From: Octopus sinensis
Taxonomy: Eukaryota
Length of the DNA stretch: 43,549 bases
Assembly (NCBI RefSeq): GCF_006345805.1
Contig: NW_021831848.1
Coordinates: 1-43,549 of the forward strand
Direction: 5' to 3'
The stretch's first letter is position 1. Each line of letters starts with the position of its first letter. This document shows positions 1-11,935 of the stretch, piece by piece. The notes beneath the pieces were generated by a model. The model was given only the letters and a program-made list of their open reading frames with translations. It made no database searches and was not told where the DNA came from. A program made the translations under genes and the position numbers.

Positions 1-297
1 ACGCACACCAAACAAACACACATGCACACACACACACATGCACACACACATAGGCATTGATACACGGAGAAAGACAAACAGACAGACAGTGACAGGCAGA
101 CAGACAGATTATAACAGCTTCTTCTTCTTCCCTGACAAGAATTCATAACGAACTCTAACCCACAAGAGTAAACAAGAGAGACAGACACAGACAGAAACAA
201 GGAAAATACCCCTTGTATTTGAATACTATGCAAATATTCTTTTCAAAAAAAACTTTTCTTTTAATCTTTCCAAAATTTAATTGTTTTCCATACTTAG

Positions 298-331
298 AGT
301 TGAAAAAGTCTCAATGACTGAAACCGGTACT
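298..331 (+). ncRNA. Type-I hammerhead-like motif with U3-A8 core variant
   Basis: AG-TTGAAAA-AGTC tcaat GACT-GAAA-CCGG-TA|CT. Stem II AGUC/GACU, palindromic stem III ACCGGU, GUA site, stem I only 2 bp. AT-rich tail runs into (TA)n. Confidence 0.55.
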
Positions 332-384
332 GAAATGTTTTTTATAAAATTATTTTATCATTTTCTATCTTGATATTTTTTTCC

Positions 385-428
<44 letters not shown>

Positions 429-634
429 AAATAGAAAGATGAATTTTCTTGTTACAGATTATTCAAAAGTTTAACCGATACCTGGGTAGCAAAAATCACA
501 CCAGAAAAAAGCACGGTTGGAGATAAGACCATTTGGTGTTGCAACCGTGCGTTGGTGCGGATAATTGAAGTTTAATATTATTAGTGAATGGAAGAAATGG
601 AGTTGAACGAAGATTGTACAGAATTCCTTTTATT

Positions 635-714
635 ATTTTACACATGTTTCAAGGCCACAAATTCCAATTCTGATTAAATAAGGGTACCATATTGTGGCTT
701 TCTCTTCAGAAAAA
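635..714 (-). ncRNA. Type-I hammerhead ribozyme (left arm)
   Basis: Minus strand: TTTT-CTGAAGA-GAAAGCCACAA...TTGTGGCCTT-GAAA-CATGTG-TA|AAAT. Confidence 0.75.
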
Positions 715-830
715 ACAGGAATTCCGTTGACAGAACAAAAAAACCGAGGCGCAGCAACGCAATTCGTCCTCGTTCGAATTGCGTTGCTGCGCCTCTTTTT
801 TGTTTTGTTCTGTCAACGGAATTCCTGTTT

Positions 831-912
831 TTTCCTGAAGAGAAGCCACAATATGTGACCCTTTTTAATCAGAATTTGGAAAAATTTGTGGCCTTTGAAA
901 CATGTGTAGAAA
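831..912 (+). ncRNA. Type-I hammerhead ribozyme (right arm)
   Basis: TTTC-CTGAAGA(835-841)-GAAGCCACAA...TTGTGGCCTTT-GAAA(897-900)-CATGTG-TA|GAAA. Stem I UUUC/GAAA. Stem III ACAUGUGU is self-complementary with two G-U pairs. Predicted cut after 908. Confidence 0.8.
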
Positions 913-1066
913 TAATAAAAGGATTCTGTACATCTTCGTTCAACTCATTTCTTCATTCCTAATTATATAAATATATATATATATATTATATATTATATAT
1001 ATATATCTATATATATATATATATATATACAATAATACAAACATAGCACATATACATATATATATA

Positions 1067-1223
1067 GGCAGAGGCGTTGTTATGTGGTTAAGAAGCTTGC
1101 TTCCCAAAAGTGACCTATAAGAATGTTGGTGTTAGATTCAGTGCCACTGCTCTTCTACTCTAGCCCCGGACTGCCCAAATCCTTGATACTGGATTTGGTA
1201 GACGGAATGTGAAAAGAAGCACA

Positions 1224-1262
<39 letters not shown>

Positions 1263-1332
1263 CGTGCGTGCGTGTACGTGCGTGCGTGTGCGTGCATGTG
1301 CGTTGTGCGTGCGTGCGTGCGTGCGTGTGCGT

Positions 1333-1363
<31 letters not shown>

Positions 1364-1920
1364 CGTGCGAGCGTGTGCGTGCGTGCGTGTGCGTGCGTGC
1401 GTTGCGCGTGCGTGCGCGTGCGTGCGTGCGTGTGCGTGCGTACGTGTGCGTGTCTTTGTGTTTGTCACTCACCCCCGATTGACAACCAGTGTTGGTTTGT
1501 TTACGTCCGTGCATCTTGGCGGTTTTGGCAAAAGAAAGCGATAAGACTGAATACTGCGCTTTTAGAACGCAACATAAATATTAGGGGGCTGAAGGCGGCG
1601 AGCTGGCAGAATCGTTAGCACGCCGGGCGAAATGCGTAGCCGTATTTCGTCTGCCATTACGTTCTGAGTTCAAATTCCGCCGAGGTCGACTTTGCCTTGC
1701 ATCCTTTCGGGGTCGATAAATAAAGTACCAGTTACGCACTGGTGTCAATGTAATCGACTTAATCCCTTTGTATGTCCTTGTTTTTCCCCTCTATGTTTAG
1801 CCCCTTGTCGGCAATAAAGAAATAATAAATATTAGGAAGTGGATTTGTTTAAATAAAACCCTTCAAAGCCCAGCAAGGCCTCTACCCAATGACAGACACA
1901 AGTGAAAGACAATAGAGAAT
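1067..1920 (+). mobile_element. tRNA-derived SINE (family 2, internal TG microsatellite) interrupted by a family-1 SINE
   Basis: Head GGCAGAGGCG...TGTGGTTAAGAAGCTTGCTTCCC, body GGATTTGGTAGACGGAA and GACAACCAGTGTTGGTTTGTTTACGTCC, all similar to 17909-18332. Confidence 0.75.
1594..1824 (+). mobile_element. tRNA-derived SINE (family 1)
   Basis: GGCGGCGAGCTGGCAGAA...GAGTTCAAATTCC (B box)...AATAAAGAAATA, highly similar to 9034-9266. Flanking direct repeat ATAAATATTAGG at 1574-1585 and 1825-1836. Confidence 0.9.
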
Positions 1921-2343
1921 AAATGTTCTAGAGTTATTCAATCATATAATTTGTTCGCTGCGACCAAATATATAGTTTCCATAAATAGTTTTAATATTTC
2001 GCAGCAAAATAGATCAGCAGCAATCTTGTCGTCATGTATTCAGTAAAACAATCCCGTACTAAACTTACATGCAGATACATAAATATCTGACATTGTGGCT
2101 ATGTTGAAAGATCGTTATAGTTTCTAATAATAAAAAAACGAAACACTTCTTTTCAGTCCAGTATTCTTGTCATCCATTAATACCAATGTATATCTTTAGA
2201 TAAAGAAAATGTCCGAGAAATCTGTCAAACCATTACTATATTTTTGCGTGTGCGTGTGTGTTGTGTGTGTGTGTTTGGTGTGTGTATGTTCGTGTATCAT
2301 GTATGTCGTATCTATCTATCTGTCTATTCATTATTTATCTGTT

Positions 2344-2375
<32 letters not shown>

Positions 2376-2522
2376 AATATATATATATATTATATATATA
2401 TATAATAGAGAGAGAGGAGGGATTCGAAGAGAGCATCACGTTGTTTTGAAACTTTAACATCAGTCTGATAAAGCGCTTATAGTTGTCATGGGTTCAACGG
2501 AACATGTCTAGCAGGCCAACAG

Positions 2523-2559
<37 letters not shown>

Positions 2560-2611
2560 AGGGTGAGAGCGAAAGAGAGACCCATGTATGTCAGTGCGTG
2601 TGTGCGTATAT

Positions 2612-2693
<82 letters not shown>

Positions 2694-3832
2694 ATTTGCA
2701 TGCATACATATCTAGTTATGTCTTTGTTTTTTCTATAATCTGAACTATATATATATATATTTACAGATAAAGAATATACACGAATATAGGTATATTTGCC
2801 TGTGTTTCTACCGATCTATTTAAATCTATATCTATCTATGTATCTATCTCTCTATCTATCTATTATACTATCTATGTATGTATGTGTATATATATATGTA
2901 CATACATATCATACATGTATATATATATATATATGTATGTATGTATGTGTGTTTGCATGTGTGTGTATGTGTGTATATATAGATGTGTGTGTGTGGGTGC
3001 GCGCGCGTATATATATATATATACACAATATATGTATATATGGTATAAATATATATATGCATGTATATATGTGTGTGTATATATATATAGATATATATAT
3101 ATATATATATTAGTATATATATATATATATTATTATGTAGGTATGTACATATATGTATGTGTATAAATGCATATGTTTTTATATTGTTTATATTATTATA
3201 TATATAAATATATATACATGTATGTATGCATGTAGGCAGAGAGCGGGAGAAAAATATACGCGCACACACACACACACAAACACACACTCACTCACACACG
3301 CGCATGCATGCACGTACGCGCGCACACACGCAGACTGCCTCTGCCCCTGCAAAAGCCATTAGATCCCTTAGTTCAGGGGCAGCATAGGATTGGTACATAA
3401 CCAATCATGTTTTGCTAAGAACACTTAGTCTCACTTAGGGGTCACAGGGGTATGAAACGGATCATATTGCATTCCATTCTGTACATGTCTGGAGACCCCT
3501 TATTTGGGTACTTTTTTTACGGGTGGGGCGGAAATAGGGTATTAAAGGAGCTCTAAGTGGGGTCTATTAGATCTGGAATGGAAATATTAGAAAGGGAGGG
3601 GTAGGGGCAAAAATAAAACAAGAACAACAACAGAAACAACAATAGGAGCACCGACATTGACAACAATAACAACAGCTATGATAACAATAAACGACAGTAA
3701 CAAGGACAACAGCAAGAACAAGAATGTTATGGCAGACAACGAGTTGTTGATCCAACAAAAGTCTATTTACGGATTTACAGAAAAGGTCAGAATATGGCCT
3801 TTGTATATTTTTCATACATACGTGTGTTTGTG

Positions 3833-4000
<168 letters not shown>

Positions 4001-4001
4001 T

Positions 4002-4590
4002 ATGTTTCTTTATTAGCCACACAGGGCTGCACACAGACGGGACAAATTACAAGGTAGAGCTTTTCTTTTGGGGGATAAAAAAAGGGGGTTTGATTTTCGA
4101 TCAAAAGGGATCGTAAAAGGAAAGAAAGAGGAAAGCAAGAAAAGGGGGGGAATAAAAATAAAAGGATGAAGAAAAAATCAATCAATAGGGATCGTTATCA
4201 CAGAAATGTCAATATAAAGTGTAAAGGGGAAGACAGGTGAGGTTTACCCGTGGAAAGAAAAGCCTACGGAAAAGACCACGGTAACCTCGGTTAATGAAGT
4301 CACAAATAAGTAACTCTCTGTATTAAATTTTTACGGTTCATAGGATCATACTCTAGGTGGCTTCGTCATTCATACGTGCCATCCTTGCTACATTCACCCA
4401 TCTTTTTTAAAAACATTCACTAGACAAAACTTGCCTCTCTACTCTCACTTTCCTTTTCAAGTGATACTTGAAGAAGTTGATGAGAGACTGACCAGAGAGG
4501 AAAGTGTTTGTCTCCAATCCTTTCAGACGCGTCCACCAGATACATTCTTTCGCCATAGCCACAAGGATGATAAAAATAGCTCTTCCTTCC
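4002..4590 (-). mobile_element. Tx1/L1-like non-LTR retrotransposon 3' fragment
   Basis: Minus translation ...AIFIILVAMAKECIWWTRLKGLETNTFLSGQSLINFFKYHLKRKVRVER... resembles the ORF2 C-terminus of Tx1-type elements. 3' UTR ends AATAAAGAAAC directly into (TATC)n. Confidence 0.6.
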
Positions 4591-4830
4591 CAGAAAGGAG
4601 TCAGGTTTAAAAAAGGGGCCTTTTTAAATCTGTCTCCTTTCTGTACACATATTTATTTCCCGCCCAAAACCTAAACAGTTATCTCCCTTACACACATCAA
4701 TAACAATAATAACAACCAATTACCTCCCTTTACTTGTCAACTTGTAAAATCATTCACTCGTGAATTTCATTACAAACAACATGGACCAAATTTCTTAAGA
4801 AAAAATATATATTCATATAAATTAAACATT

Positions 4831-4865
4831 ATATCATGAATAGCGATTGCGAAACCAGTCGATAT
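4831..4865 (+). ncRNA. Type-I hammerhead-like motif with A3-U8 core variant
   Basis: ATATC-ATGAATA-GC gatt GC-GAAA-CCAG-TC|GATAT. Perfect 5-bp stem I, 2-bp stem II, GUC site. Tail runs into (TA)n at about 4921. Confidence 0.6.
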
Positions 4866-4945
4866 ATTAAAAATTATATTATAACTATGTAAGTGTGCGT
4901 ATTTTCCTTTTTTAATTTCTTATATATATATACTTATATATAACT

Positions 4946-4991
<46 letters not shown>

Positions 4992-5199
4992 TTTCTATTT
5001 TTGTATGCGTATATATATATTATATATATATATATATTATATATATATATATAATATATATATATATAGAGTGTGTGTGTGTGTTGTGTATGTATGTATG
5101 TATATATATATATGTTCTTTCTATATTTTGTATGCGTTTCATCCCAAAGCCTGTGGCCATGCTGGGACACCGCCAGTATCATTACCTTTCAATGATCAT

Positions 5200-5460
5200 T
5201 CCCATGTGGTTGGCTTTTGGTGAATGAGGTTTCATAAGGCGGCGTTCTTTTGAGTTTCTTGCCATTGTATTGGTTCATTTGGGATCTTGGACAGCAGAAA
5301 GTCAAGTTGCTTCTCGAACGTATCTACCACCACACCATTCAGATCTCGCAGATTTTTTAGCAAGATATTAAATGATTGTGGGCCACTGAATCCCACGCTA
5401 TTGCAGTACCTAATCTTTACTGTTGACGCGATGGGCAGGGCTTTTGGTACCGTGCCGTGG
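5200..5460 (-). mobile_element. CR1/L2-group LINE 3' fragment
   Basis: Minus translation IRYCNSVGFSGPQSFNILLKNLRDLNGVVVDTFEKQLDFLLSKIPNEP, typical of the post-RT C-terminus of CR1-group ORF2. Confidence 0.65.
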
Positions 5461-6133
5461 TAACCTCTTCGATACCAAAGTTATGCCAACACCTCCAGGA
5501 TCTTCAGTGTGTGTGTCACTACATATCTCTTCCGTCTTCTCTCCAGGGAATAGAATCGTAATTCTTTCAGTCTCTTCCAGTAGCTCTACTGTGCATGTGC
5601 GTGTGCGTGTGTGTATGTGTGTGTGTGTATGCGTGTGTGTGTATGTGTGTGTGCGTGTGATTTTTAAGTGTCTTGAAGGTGTAGATCTGATTCTGAACAG
5701 GAAAGAATGAAACTTAACTGCAACGCATCAGATAATTCATCCAGTTATTCAATTTATGATATCATATTCTACCTTATTGTATTGCATTATTAATTTCAGC
5801 TCTTTAATCACTTATGTGCGTGTGTTTGGGTGTGTACTTGTGGCGGGGTGAGCACAATAATTAGTTTTCTTCTCTGATTCACCACCTGTAGACTAAATTA
5901 TATACGCGCATTAACACATAGACACACACACACACACACCTATCTCTATATTTGCAAATATACACATATGTACACACACTCACACACAGACACATTTATA
6001 CATATATATATTATACATACATATCTATCCATATATATATATGATATATATAATATATATATATATATATGTATGTTATATATATATATACATCCATATA
6101 TATATATATACATCCATATTTATATATACATCC

Positions 6134-6168
<35 letters not shown>

Positions 6169-6940
6169 CGTGTGCGTGTGTGTGTGGTTGCATATACATA
6201 TGTGTGTATGCTTGTGCATGTATGAATGTATTCATGCATGTATAATATGTATAAGTACGTGTAAGTAGACAAGCAATCCCAAGACTTAATTCTTCGCTCA
6301 TTGATTAAAGAGAAGTGCCTAAGTTTTAATTAACCATAACTATTCAGCAAATATGAATTGAAAAGGATCGGCGATTGACGTTATTTCGATTATCCAGCTG
6401 CGTTTGCTTAAAAGGTCAAATGCCCGTATATTCACTGCTTTCATTGCAGCTTACAGAGACAGACAAGTCGTATAATATATTTTGCATACAGCTTGCACTG
6501 CAGGATATCTCCTCGCAGCTGTCGACTGAAGATCACACAATGTTTCCGATACCTTCCCACAGATTGTTCTCGCTAAGGGGGGAACAGCCAGCCAGTATTG
6601 AAGCGATCAGGATATATTTAAAGGATATACCCTGACCACAATGTAGCACGTTTTCTCCACCTATCATCCAAGCAGCCACCCAAGTGGCAGCAGAAACCAC
6701 CCAACCCATAACTAACTAGGATAATGAGCTGACGAGGCAGCTATGAATGTGATCGCTCAATCTCTAGAAATAGTAGCTGAATTCCCCTTCAAATACTCCC
6801 TATCGTTATAAGTAAGGATAGGAACCTTTGGGATAATGTTGTTCTACATTCTTTAAAAGACATGATGGTTACTGTTGGACTACCTTTCCTTATATCCTTA
6901 TATATGTGCATGTGTATGTATGTGCCCGTATGTGGGAGAA

Positions 6941-7135
6941 GGCGCGTGGCCTAGTGGTTAAGGTCTTGGGGTCATAGTTTCGATTCCCAGACGGGTGATG
7001 TGTCTGTGTTTGAGCAAAACGCTTCATTTCACATTGCTCCAGTTCAGTCAGCGGTCAGTTGATAACCTTGCAATGAACTGGCATCTCATCAAGCGGGTGT
7101 TGGATGCGAAGAATCGCATTATGACCGGTGGTATA
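6941..7135 (+). mobile_element. Degenerate tRNA-derived SINE related to 37751-38042
   Basis: GGCGCGTGGCCTAGTGGTTAAG (A box), GTTTCGATTCCC (B box), core CCTTGCAATGAACTGGCATCTCATC. Confidence 0.6.
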
Positions 7136-7211
7136 TAATAGCATCGGATAGTTTGGTTGATACATGCATATTTGTATGTATGTGTACACACACACACACA
7201 CCACACACACA

Positions 7212-7270
<59 letters not shown>

Positions 7271-7306
7271 GCGCGCTCACACACACACACACACACGCAC
7301 ATACAC

Positions 7307-7392
<86 letters not shown>

Positions 7393-7424
7393 ACACACAG
7401 ACACACACAGATATACAGGGTTAC

Positions 7425-7543
7425 CACACAGTTTCCGTGTAACAACTTCATTCACAAGGCATCGGTGGGCGTGGGATCGAACCCAAAGCCATGTGACTGC
7501 AAAGCGAGCTTCTTAACTAACCTCATAGCCAAACCTGTGCCTA
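7425..7543 (-). mobile_element. Degenerate family-2 SINE head
   Basis: Minus: AGGCACAGG...GTTAAGAAGCTCGCTT...GGGTTCGATCCC. Confidence 0.5.
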
Positions 7544-8066
7544 TATGTGCAGTATTGTTGTAAAACAACTTACAGTAAGTTTTATATTACTTCATTTTTT
7601 CCTTTCCTTTTTTGTTACAGAAATGTCGGTTTGAAGTTGTTTATAATAAATTATACTTGTTTAATGTATTGGAAAAATTTATCACAAATTGACTTCAAAT
7701 TTATATTTAATCGCTCTACGACTTCCTTTAATAAGACTTAAAGCTTACGTGGAGTAGAAGGTATGAATACGTTTTAATCAATATCTTGTGCAAAACTCAA
7801 GAAGTAATAAACTGAATTGAAAATAAATTTGTAGCTTGCTCGAAATTGAGATTTTAAAAGTCACTATGGTACCCTGTCGTTAGATTTGAATTTGTTTTTA
7901 TATATTTTATCTTATTGTCCACTAACTACTGCTGATTCGCAACGTCCTGGAAAGCTGTTAAAATATAAAGCCGTCAAACTATAACATCTGTTAAAATGTA
8001 AAAACTGTTGAAAATATAAAAAATCTGTGAAAATATAAAAACATAAAAATTAAGAACAGAAATATA

Positions 8067-8632
8067 TTGGGTCGTCCGGAAAGTTCGTGCCGATTTTTAA
8101 AGGAAAGAAAAAGGTCAATAAATACTTGCCATTACATTTTTAATCACCCAAATATGAACCATTTTGTTGCACAATGCGGCTCCATCTTACTTTTAACTTG
8201 AAAATACCCTCTTCCCAGAATTGAGGTGTTTTAATGGCAAAGAATTCATCAAGGTATCTTTTTACATCATCCAAGGAATTGAAATTTTTACAATTAACAA
8301 TATTCTGCAGATACCTGAATAAGTGGAAATCTGAAAGAGAAATATCTAGTGTATATGGAGGGTAGGGTAACACATCCCAGCCGAGCTGCAGCAATTTTTG
8401 TCTGGTTCCCAAAGCATCAAGTGCCGAAAATGAACTTTCTTATCTTCCATTTTAAAGGGTTACAAAATTAACACAGGTTATAGGAACATAAACCTTCTTC
8501 CACGAAAAGATAGCTTGAACTGTGCTCTAAATGGAGGTGTAGTCAAATCCTATTTTATGGACTCAACCATGTTCTAAAATAAGTCGAAAAGTAAGCTGCT
8601 ATAAATCGGCACGAACTTTCCGGACAACCCAA
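8067..8632 (-). mobile_element. Internally deleted mariner transposon
   Basis: ~30-bp TIRs TTGGGTCGTCCGGAAAGTTCGTGCCGATTT / AAATCGGCACGAACTTTCCGGACAACCCAA, TA duplications, and transposase C-terminus at 8140-8412 (LGWDVLPYPPYTLDISLSDFHLF = YSPDLAPSD motif). Confidence 0.93.
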
Positions 8633-9033
8633 TACAAACCATTAAAATACGAAATTTGTTAAAATATAAAACTGTTACAATATAAAACTGCTGAGAAATA
8701 AAGAAAAAGGCTAATAAAAACTTATTAAAATTTTAAAATCATAAAATACAAAAACTGGTAACGAATTATAAATTTGTTAAAATAAAGCTACAAAAACATA
8801 ATGAGTGCAAAATATATAAAAACTAAAACAACAAAAATATTCACAAATATTCTCTTCTATGAAATTTCTCATTATTTCTAGGAAAGAGAGAGTCTAACAT
8901 CAGATGTCGAGACAAGAATTTTGCCCAAAGAATCCTTATATTTTAATTTCAGCGTATTTGTAATATCGTAGTCACGTGGTTGTGTGTTTGATCAAACCAA
9001 AAATAAACTCAGCAGATAATCATAGGTAATCCA

Positions 9034-9266
9034 GGCGGCGAGCTGGCAGAACCGTTAGCACGCCGGGCGAAATGCGTTGCCGTATTTCGTCTGCCGTTAC
9101 ATTCTGAGTTCAAATTCCGCCGAAGTCGACTTTGCCTTTCATCCTTTCGGGATCGATTAAATAAGTACCAGTTACGCACTGGTGTCGATATAATCGACTT
9201 GATCCATGTGTCTGTCTTTGTTTGTCCTCTCTGTGTTTAGCCCCTTGTGGGCAGTAAAGAAATAGC
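9034..9266 (+). mobile_element. tRNA-derived SINE (family 1) with 17-bp TSD
   Basis: Full copy. TAATCATAGGTAATCCA duplicated at 9017-9033 and 9267-9283. Confidence 0.93.
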
Positions 9267-9524
9267 TAATCATAGGTAATCCAGAAACTTACAAACGGAG
9301 CGGAGCCTCATCAGAAGCAAGTGTTACTGACTCTCTTGACAACTCCTGTCGTCTGCTATCTCTCTCAGCCCTACTGGTCTAGCTTTTCCTCTGACCCAGT
9401 AAGGAACGGGCGGAAGAAGCCCCTGAATAAGTACGAAGACCACCCAAGACGGATTAAATCAGTCCTGACTAGGATCATCATCATCTCAGCTTCTCACATT
9501 GTCGAACCCCCCAGACGCGTGCCA

Positions 9525-10075
9525 TTATTTAGATCATCTGGTTGAATTATTGTTATTGCGTTTGATAGAAGAAACATCAGTCCCAGTTCAGATTTGCGAG
9601 TAATGAGTGGGCAATGCAATTGTCAACAAGCTATACAACGTCTCTCTTCTTCCGGTGAGAGGTTATCTCTCTGCTGACTTCTCTCAGCCATGTGGTAAAT
9701 ATTTCTCAAATTAACCAGACGTTCTTGCGGTTGTTTTTTTTTTATATAGGTTAGAGGAAGTGTCTTCCTACGGATATGTCTAAATTCTTTACTTTTCACG
9801 ATCATTCGTGACTTTCTTTTGTCATTTTCTGACATGTTGGAAACCCCCTCTATTATCATAACACTTTCTTTACATATTTCTTTGCTTCTGCTTATGTTCT
9901 CTGCCTTTGGTAGGGGACAAGGGTACCATTTGGAACAACTGTGTATTACAATCCGCTTTCGTCTGCATTGTAGATGTCATCAGAGCAGTAAATCTGCAAA
10001 ATATCAGCTAATAATAGGACATACGTTCAGTTATCAACTGCAAGAATGATCGGGAGTTGAAACACGCTCTGTACG
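9525..10075 (-). pseudogene. Tigger/pogo (CENP-B-like) DDE transposase remnant
   Basis: Minus, with frameshifts and stops: DDIYNADESGL (FNADETGL), SNMSENDKRKSRMIVKSK (NMSGxEKxKPLVIGKSK), LVDNCIAH, FLLSNAITIIQP. Confidence 0.8.
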
Positions 10076-10402
10076 CTTTATAAAGGACAGAACGAGATAC
10101 TTAAGTTTCTTCCAATATCAGTATTGTTGTATTCAATATTCAAATTAAATAATTGTGTGTACATACATACATACTCATACACACGTTCATATACATATTT
10201 ATGTATGTATATAATATATATATATACATGTACACACATATGTATACATATATGTGTATGTATATATATACATGTATACATACATGTATATGAATTTATA
10301 TACACATATTCATACATACATGCATGTGTGCAGATGTATATATATATACATAGAGAGAGAGAAAGATGCATTATACATATACATAATATATATATATATA
10401 TT

Positions 10403-10862
10403 ATGGCTGCGCCCTCATTATCGAGTATGGCCATTGCACGAAGCTTAACTGTTATTGGTGCTGTGATCGAATGTGACTTTTTAGCCCAGATAAAGATCTA
10501 CAATGTCTTGTACAGAATTGGCAACTAAAACCTTTACCGGCAATAGCCGGCTGTAGTTGTAACTGGGCTTCATGTACCTTTGCATGTCGTTTAAGTCCTC
10601 CTGCCGAATTACACTCTCTTCCACATGTCCGACAGATATTATTAGTATGGTGTGTTACACACCACCAGTGGCCAGGTTGTCACTCATCTGTCTCGCTTTA
10701 TGACTACAAAGATGACTCTTTAGTCCAGCTTTACTGAGGCAGGGTCTTGCGCAGACATTGCAAGTCAGCATCAAAGGAAGATCCTTGCCATCTGGAAGTG
10801 TAACAGCGATGCCCTTCCTGACATCCCTCCTTACTTTCTCATGTGCAACTCGAGATTTCTCA
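10403..10862 (-). mobile_element. RTE-clade LINE 3' fragment
   Basis: Closely similar to 41690-42145 and 22195-22577. Encodes C2H2 fingers. 3' end abuts (TA)n. Confidence 0.85.
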
Positions 10863-10884
10863 AAATCTCGATATAAATATATAT

Positions 10885-10941
<57 letters not shown>

Positions 10942-10967
10942 TTTATTTTAAGCAGCAGAAAATTCAA

Positions 10968-11017
10968 CAAAATCTGTTACTCTGAGTTTCTCGTTGCCGT
11001 TCATCAGACAGTTTTTG
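10968..11017 (-). ncRNA. Type-I hammerhead ribozyme (mirror copy)
   Basis: Exact reverse complement of 11023-11072. Confidence 0.75.
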
Positions 11018-11022
11018 CTTAG

Positions 11023-11072
11023 CAAAAACTGTCTGATGAACGGCAACGAGAAACTCAGAGTAACAGATTTTG
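11023..11072 (+). ncRNA. Type-I hammerhead ribozyme
   Basis: CAAAAACTGT-CTGATGA(11033-39)-aCG gcaa CGa-GAAA-CTCAGAG-TA|ACAGATTTTG. Stem I pairs 9/10, stem III ACUC-A-GAGU, GUA cut after 11062. Stem II is weak (A-A at the first pair). Confidence 0.75.
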
Positions 11073-11195
11073 TTGAATTTTCTGCTGCTTAAAATAAAGC
11101 ATATTACTCTACCACTGGTATTTGAGTTTACTCTTTTTTCCACCTTGTTTCACATTTATGTTTTACTCCGGTATATATATATATATATATATATA

Positions 11196-11515
11196 AATTA
11201 GTAAAAAACACCTTTTATCAATTCAAAATGAAAAATTAAATTTCCCCATCTAGAAAATTACATATAATTCTACCAAATATATACGTTTTATTTATTATTT
11301 TGCATATTACTTAATCACCGGCATATTTTTTATCTTATATTTAATATCTCTATTATATGTAATTTTCTAGATGGTGTGTAATTTAATTTTTCACTTTGAA
11401 TGATAAAGGAGGTTTTTTCTAATATATATATATTATATTTGTGAAATTTTATTTAGTATTTCTAAATTGAATTTTTCCCTGTTAGTTTGGAATAATATTC
11501 TCAAATTATACCTAC
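11196..11515. repeat. Inverted-repeat element with one-sided tail in (TA)n
   Basis: 11196-11268 pairs imperfectly with 11352-11423 (CCATCTAGAAAATTACATATAAT / ATTATATGTAATTTTCTAGATGG). No intact HHR core seen. Confidence 0.65.
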
Positions 11516-11543
11516 ACACACATATATATATATATATATTATA

Positions 11544-11586
<43 letters not shown>

Positions 11587-11619
11587 TATATATATATATG
11601 TATGTATAATTCATTCACC

Positions 11620-11671
<52 letters not shown>

Positions 11672-11853
11672 GTATATATATTGATGGGTGAATGAATTAT
11701 CCTATGTTTACCGTTAACATGGAAAATTCAATGAACCGTTACCAGGGTAGCAAAGCACGTCAGAAAAACGGTTGAAGCGACCTATCCAAAGGTAGAAAAC
11801 TCTGGGTTAATGAGCAGTAATTTGTGTGTTACAGATGAATAAATAAATAATTA

Positions 11854-11935
11854 CTTTCGACATATGTTTCGAAGACAACATGGTTTTATTCCAAAGGAAT
11901 AAACGGTGTAAGATGCAATCTTCTCATCAGGAAGG
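11854..11935 (-). ncRNA. Type-I hammerhead ribozyme (left arm)
   Basis: Minus: CCTTC-CTGATGA-GAAGAT...GTCTTC-GAAA-CATATG-TC|GAAAG. Confidence 0.85.

Larger units (their letters stand above)
422..962. mobile_element. Palindromic PLE-like hammerhead element in (TA)n
   Basis: Imperfect inverted arms about 585-766 and 775-962, centred on GAGGCGCAGCAACGCAATTCG-tcctcgtt-CGAATTGCGTTGCTGCGCCTC. Left arm carries an extra ~160 bp tail (422-585). (TA)n on both sides. Confidence 0.8.
10941..11171. mobile_element. Perfect 159-bp palindromic hammerhead element plus tail, in (TA)n
   Basis: 10941-11019 is the exact reverse complement of 11021-11099 (1-nt centre). Right arm extends a further ~70 bp. (TA)n on both sides. 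Confidence 0.9.

Noticed and set aside
3575-3760. (CAA)n-rich ORFs
   Set aside because: Degenerate trinucleotide repeat with no protein family signal.
9950-9985. Minus-strand CTGATGA...GAAA resembling a hammerhead
   Set aside because: It is the coding sequence SDDIYNADES of the Tigger/pogo transposase, and stems I and III do not form.
10096-10125. Minus-strand CTGATAT-TGGAA-GAAA-CTTAAG-TA
   Set aside because: The palindromic stem III and GUA are suggestive, but there is no stem II, the core is broken and stem I does not pair. It cannot be called.
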